From Paraspadella gotoi (taxonomy: Eukaryota; Animalia; Chaetognatha): a stretch of 64,000 bases of DNA. The position numbers and the translations under genes were made by a program. How positions within the stretch are numbered: position 1 is the first letter of the stretch; every line of letters begins with the position of its first letter. The stretch covers positions 428,721 through 492,720 of the forward strand of contig CM119271.1 of assembly GCA_051294375.1 (NCBI GenBank). The letters run 5' to 3'. This document shows, piece after piece, positions 60,201 through 64,000 of this stretch. The notes under the pieces were generated by a model. That model had not been told where the DNA came from and did no database searches. It was given only the letters and a program-made list of their open reading frames with translations.

Positions 60201-62071
60201 GAAACAATTTTGAACCGGGAACCCAATGTCACCTTGATTGCGAAGAGAATTACCGAGTCGATGGACCAGTCTCCGTTTATTGCACCGACTCGGGCAAATG
60301 GAACACCCAACCGGGCTCTTGTTTCGCCAAATGCAGTATGAGCCAACTGGATCGGATTGAAAGTGGCCTTTGGAATTGCTGGGGAACTTCGGATTTGGTT
60401 TGTGAGTCCCAGTGTTTCTCTGGATATGAAGGGGATCGAGTCAAAATTCGTTGTTCACGAGGCGTATGGGACAAAAATGTCGCTCCAGTTTGCACGAAGC
60501 GCGTGAGTTATTGCCCCGAGTTGGATTCTCCGTCGAACGGTCGATTTCAGTGCAGCAATTCGGGATCAGCTTCTTTCCGACCTCAGCAAGGAACACAGTG
60601 CGTTTTAGCGTGTGACGATGGATACTCTGTCGACAAAAGTGCGAGTCTATTCTGCGACGAAGGAAAATGGATTGGCAGCCAGGGAAGTTGCATGAAGAAA
60701 TGCCCCTCATTGTTGAGAAATAACGGCTTCGTCCAGTGCACCAAGTCTTTCCATTTTACTTCCGAATGCCAGTTGCAGTGTCGAAACGGCTACCACGTTT
60801 CCGGACACCGTCAAACTACCTGTACCGATTCTGGGAGCTGGTCTTCGGAACTGGGAAATTGCGAAAAAAACGCGGTGCCCTGTACAGTCGTTTCTTCCCC
60901 GCCGCACGGGCGACTGCTCTGCAGGTACAAATCTCGCACTCTCATCAGCGGCGAACCTTTGAAGGCGGGAACGCAGTGTCGCTTGATCTGCGACGAGGGA
61001 TTCCACGTCCTAGGCTCTCGGACTATCCAATGCAGAAGCTCTGGCTCCTGGAGCGGAAATGTTGGACAATGCGAGAGAAAATGCAGCAAGAGTTATCTTC
61101 CCCTTCCTAAGCACGGTTATTGGCGATGCGATGAAGAAAGGTGCGATGGAGGCAAATGTCAAATGAGTTGCGATTTGCAATGTTTCCAAGGCTACACCGG
61201 CGCCCATTCGGCGTCATGCACCGACGGTCGATGGAACCAAACCCCGAGACCTCTTTGTTCGCCGAAAACCAACGTCTGTCCGGCGCTGGAATCTCCGTCC
61301 AATGGAATTTTGTCTTGCGATGATCCCCAGTCCGGTTCCGGATCCAAATGCGAGCTGCGCTGCTCCGCCGGTTTCAGTTTGTCCGGAAATCGCGCAGTCT
61401 CCTGCGGCGACGACGGAGAGTGGACCGGAGATCTCGGCCAGTGCCAGCCCGAATGCGACCAGGAGTTCTTACCCAGCCGATCCAACGGGTACTGGAGCTG
61501 CCAAGGTTACGAGACGCTCGTCTGCAATTTAAAATGCGTTTCCGGTTACGTGAGTTTGGCCACGGATCCCGCGGTCTGCATGGATGGAGAATGGAAGGAG
61601 ATTCCGACAAACCCATGTGTCCCTCTCGATACTTCCTTGACTTCCGATCTTCCTTCTCCTCGAACCCAAAATCATCGACCCAAAGGAAGCGGCGGGTCCT
61701 CCTGCAAGATCCCGCCCTACGTCAAAGAGGGCGTCCTCAAATGCCCTCACTCGCGGCGCGGCCGAGTAGACGTCGGTAAATCATGCATGCTGGTGTGCGA
61801 TCGGAGACCAGGATTAAGGGCAAAGTTCTGGTGTACCCCGAACGGTTGGACGCCGTCGCTCGAAAGAATCGAGTGCCCCAGCGTCTTTCTCTACACCTAC
61901 GAGACCCTCTGCAAAGTGCCCGACGTAGGGCGAGGCTCGACCAACTGCAGCCGAAACGTTCCGCCCGGAACGCGTTGTAAACTCTCCTGCGACCAGACCC
62001 AATTGTCGTGGGCGGATTACGCCGACTGTCAGAGCAACGGACATTGGGACAATTATCTCAAATGCAGTTGA
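57215..62071 (+). CDS. Secreted 1618-aa protein: signal peptide, putative chitin-binding type-2 (peritrophin-A) domain, then ~24 sushi/CCP repeats; single exon
   Basis: Hydrophobic N-terminus; C..HP..KYVQC..CP..F....KCD..C spacing; repeated C..NG.I.CS....GS.C...C..GY.L.G.....C...G.W.....C units of ~62 aa; no transmembrane segment seen. Confidence 0.88.
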   Translation: MMILFNVIAILLSATPHAVHSTPELLSRIVPEYDYLCNGAEIKVCHPISVQKYVQCYNSSAPVEITCPKRFHFCFEHQKCDLEQYGDCHPTLSIEEARKIRCPLLIDPIEGKFHCSEGNGFESICLLACAPGFQRHGLTTIKCVQSKQKKGIWSGAPGDCVPEHEGEVLPHKQSNYCKLTEFGEDERVNCEGCDDDSCPDGAKCHFVCSTGSDETAPAICKHGNWLYFKEVCQSFSCQPFEHVPNGNIICSDGFSSGSRCTLKCNPGYELIGSPKTSCAIEGKWDQELGICEKYHTVTCNTLEDIEHGKIVCSDNLNAGSVCKVSCEVGYDLIGQQMSSCRTNGEWDEDLGFCEKMETVFCDRFRDIDYRKIVCSDDWKEGSICEAFCNAGYRLIGAQQASCMHNGNWNQDLGYCEKNPLITCKKNIDVSNGKITCSDKRNSGSVCAVSCNSGFRLIGEQVTSCTIDGSWDKELGYCKKINKIICPALEPIENGHLICSNDLNSGSICKILCEAGYDVVGEQMSFCRANGKWSRDLGFCHKRISSCKGLENVANGKMVCSDFRNIGSVCKTKCDVGYEPVGPLVSTCMKDGNWNKEIGFCRKIPTITCSELLNIKNGIVSCSDNLNSGSVCSLSCYDGYDLIGSRITSCTVNGNWEAKLGFCQLQTASCEELNHSENAQFVCSDDWKVGSFCTISCDVGYKLVGSQITSCTVNGNWDHELGKCEKMQLVSCLRIDRINGQLSCSDDWNLGSICAVSCNAGYTVTGSKFTSCSANGNWEEKLGFCEKIKPDSCVKLRNVMNGEITCSDDLKVGSICSVSCDIGYEVIGAHVSACTISGDWEREIGRCEKILVDCSSLAHWPEVECDDKCESGSCSQNSICQLRCENGKVPHGYDETICKNGEWSVQLGKCVRKCSPLTVRNGYVECSNSFEMQSTCQVLCINDYRVSGNREAVCLSSGTWSTKIGTCERNSSPCERLEDPSNGKLICMREQKVLRRRNNFEPGTQCHLDCEENYRVDGPVSVYCTDSGKWNTQPGSCFAKCSMSQLDRIESGLWNCWGTSDLVCESQCFSGYEGDRVKIRCSRGVWDKNVAPVCTKRVSYCPELDSPSNGRFQCSNSGSASFRPQQGTQCVLACDDGYSVDKSASLFCDEGKWIGSQGSCMKKCPSLLRNNGFVQCTKSFHFTSECQLQCRNGYHVSGHRQTTCTDSGSWSSELGNCEKNAVPCTVVSSPPHGRLLCRYKSRTLISGEPLKAGTQCRLICDEGFHVLGSRTIQCRSSGSWSGNVGQCERKCSKSYLPLPKHGYWRCDEERCDGGKCQMSCDLQCFQGYTGAHSASCTDGRWNQTPRPLCSPKTNVCPALESPSNGILSCDDPQSGSGSKCELRCSAGFSLSGNRAVSCGDDGEWTGDLGQCQPECDQEFLPSRSNGYWSCQGYETLVCNLKCVSGYVSLATDPAVCMDGEWKEIPTNPCVPLDTSLTSDLPSPRTQNHRPKGSGGSSCKIPPYVKEGVLKCPHSRRGRVDVGKSCMLVCDRRPGLRAKFWCTPNGWTPSLERIECPSVFLYTYETLCKVPDVGRGSTNCSRNVPPGTRCKLSCDQTQLSWADYADCQSNGHWDNYLKCS

Positions 62072-63480
62072 TTCGTTGGTTTTTTTTTTTAAAAAAAGGA
62101 TCGCAATCATGTTCGACTTTAATCAAAGCTACTATTTTTGTTTTATTCGTTTTATTTTATATATTTACTTTGTTTTTTATATGACAAACAGTTAAACTGG
62201 CTGAGAATTTTGATCGTTTAAAACGCTCGAACGCGGCGTGAGTTGTCTCCCCAAGCTAACATCGATGGAACTTCCATTGGAAGGGATAATGCAGACGTTC
62301 CGATTTGACTCTCGTTCAAAACTATTATCCAAAAAAATTAGATCTTTCATAGTCGACAGGTAAAACTAAAATGACTCGTAAATTTGTATGATGATAACAG
62401 TATGAAATTGATACCATTTATAAAAATTATTCGCTCAATAAAAGGGCCGATCTTTGTCAATGGGGTGGGTCAGAAGTTAGATTTGGGAACCTTCCCAAAT
62501 GAATCTTCTGAGAAAACTTTCAATGGACCAAAATTTTCTAAAATGGCTAGAAGCACTAATAATTAGTATAATTCTTTTGAATATTTTGAATATTTTGAAT
62601 ATTTTGAATATTTTGATGATAAGTGGGTTAAAATAAAATAAAACATCAAAATTTTAAAAAGCTGTAATTACATTTTTTGCTTACATTTTTTAGCTCTATC
62701 AGAATCAATTAAAAACACTTAAAATATCAAAAAAACATTGTTAACATTATATAGCAATATAATAATTTTAATTAGCGAAATACTCATGGTTCGGAACATT
62801 TTTGCAAAAAATATTTCAACATAATAATTAATACGATTAATGAATTAGGCCTATGATAAGTTAAGCTCTAGAACCTTAATACTAATTAATAACAATAATT
62901 GTCAATAATTGTATCTCCCAGAATGCTCGGCTTTATTTTTAAAAAATGTATTTTTACTTTTCCCAACGTACGTGACTAATTTTTAAAACGTAATTTAAAA
63001 TATTTTTAAAATATAATATATATAATGATTAAACTTAAGCTTTTAAACTACATATCTTACACTAAAAAAATCCTCTTTGTCGAGACAGCTAGTCTCTTGT
63101 CTTCTCCCGTCTTGCCTTCCCCGCCTGGCGATTCGTGTTTAAATCAACCACATTTGCTGAATCTAGCACACACACACACTCGCTCTCTCTCCTCCACACA
63201 TTACAAAAACTCGCAACGCAGCTTCGCGTCAAATCGCGACACAAAAACAATCTCGCAATCACACCCCCCCCCACCGTGAATTCGTTGTCAACTCGAAAGC
63301 GTCGACCTTTGTGGTCTAAATAAAAATGTGAATATTAGACTCAAAACATCGACATGACGTGATCAGACAAAGCGGCGTTTACTATCTTTTTCTTTTTTAC
63401 GGATCGATCGAAAAGGTATCAAGGAGATAAACCAGCGAATCTTCCATAATTAATCCGAAAAAAATTATTTTTCTTGTCAG

Positions 63481-63853
63481 TTCTAATCTGAATTTGACCA
63501 AAAACGGCGAAGATGATTCGTTAACTCGTCCGCCGGAACAAAATGGATCAAGGTACTTTTTTAAATTCCACCCAAGTCGTCGAATATATCCCGCCAGCCG
63601 TGCCTACATTCCTTTGTATCCGAATTGTTATACAATATACAATCTACAGATTCTCTTTTTTTGCTCAGGAATGAAGCGGCGCCAGCTTTTCTTGGACTTC
63701 AACGGAAAAGCAGTCGCCACGGGCGATGCGTCTCCCGTCGCCGTCGTCATGGGCAACGGGACCAATTCGCAGAACCAGATATCCTCTCCGCCGCAAAGTC
63801 TTTCCCTGCCGCTTCGGCCCCCGAGCCTTCCCTTATCTCAACAGAACTCTTCG
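63481..63853 (+). CDS. 5' exons of an unidentified gene running off the window (exon-like 63481-63552 and 63669-63853)
   Basis: AG/GT-bounded GC-richer blocks; frame MKRRQLFLDFNGKAVATGDASPVAVVMGNG..; no domain recognised. Confidence 0.4.
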
Positions 63854-64000
63854 GTTAGTGTTTTTAATTGTTAATTATTTATAAATATTTGGCAAAATTT
63901 CATTGTTTCACGAAAATTTCGTTTCACTTAAATCTAAAACAAACAACAAAAAGAAAGGCTTAACACAATGGCAAAATTTCCAAAACTTTTTCAATAACTC

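Overview
Gene-dense, intron-rich invertebrate (metazoan) genomic DNA with GC/CpG-rich exons and very AT-rich, transposon-filled introns. Minus-strand genes, left to right: AMFR/gp78 (5' part), an intronless orphan ORF, an ICAP-1/ITGB1BP1-like PTB gene, ceramide kinase, RacGAP1/CYK-4, SOCS7, an NHS/GUK-holder-like gene, RNF34/RFFL and an unassigned terminal exon. Plus-strand genes follow: WDR76, an intronless 1618-aa secreted chitin-binding/sushi-repeat protein and the start of an unidentified gene. Main discovery candidate: four sequence-distinct families of short dispersed repeats each carry a circularly permuted (type-P5) twister ribozyme motif, with compensatory changes in both pseudoknots across families. 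In three families the twister lies directly 3' of a tRNA-like head, suggesting tRNA-twister SINE/retrozyme elements. Also present: Penelope-like elements with minimal hammerhead motifs, a non-autonomous DIRS1-type retroelement whose internal complementary region appears to lie inside an intron of its gag-like ORF, Tc1/mariner and hAT-type MITEs, and three GC-AG introns. All structures were folded and aligned by eye; no database search or activity test was run, so novelty and activity are unconfirmed.
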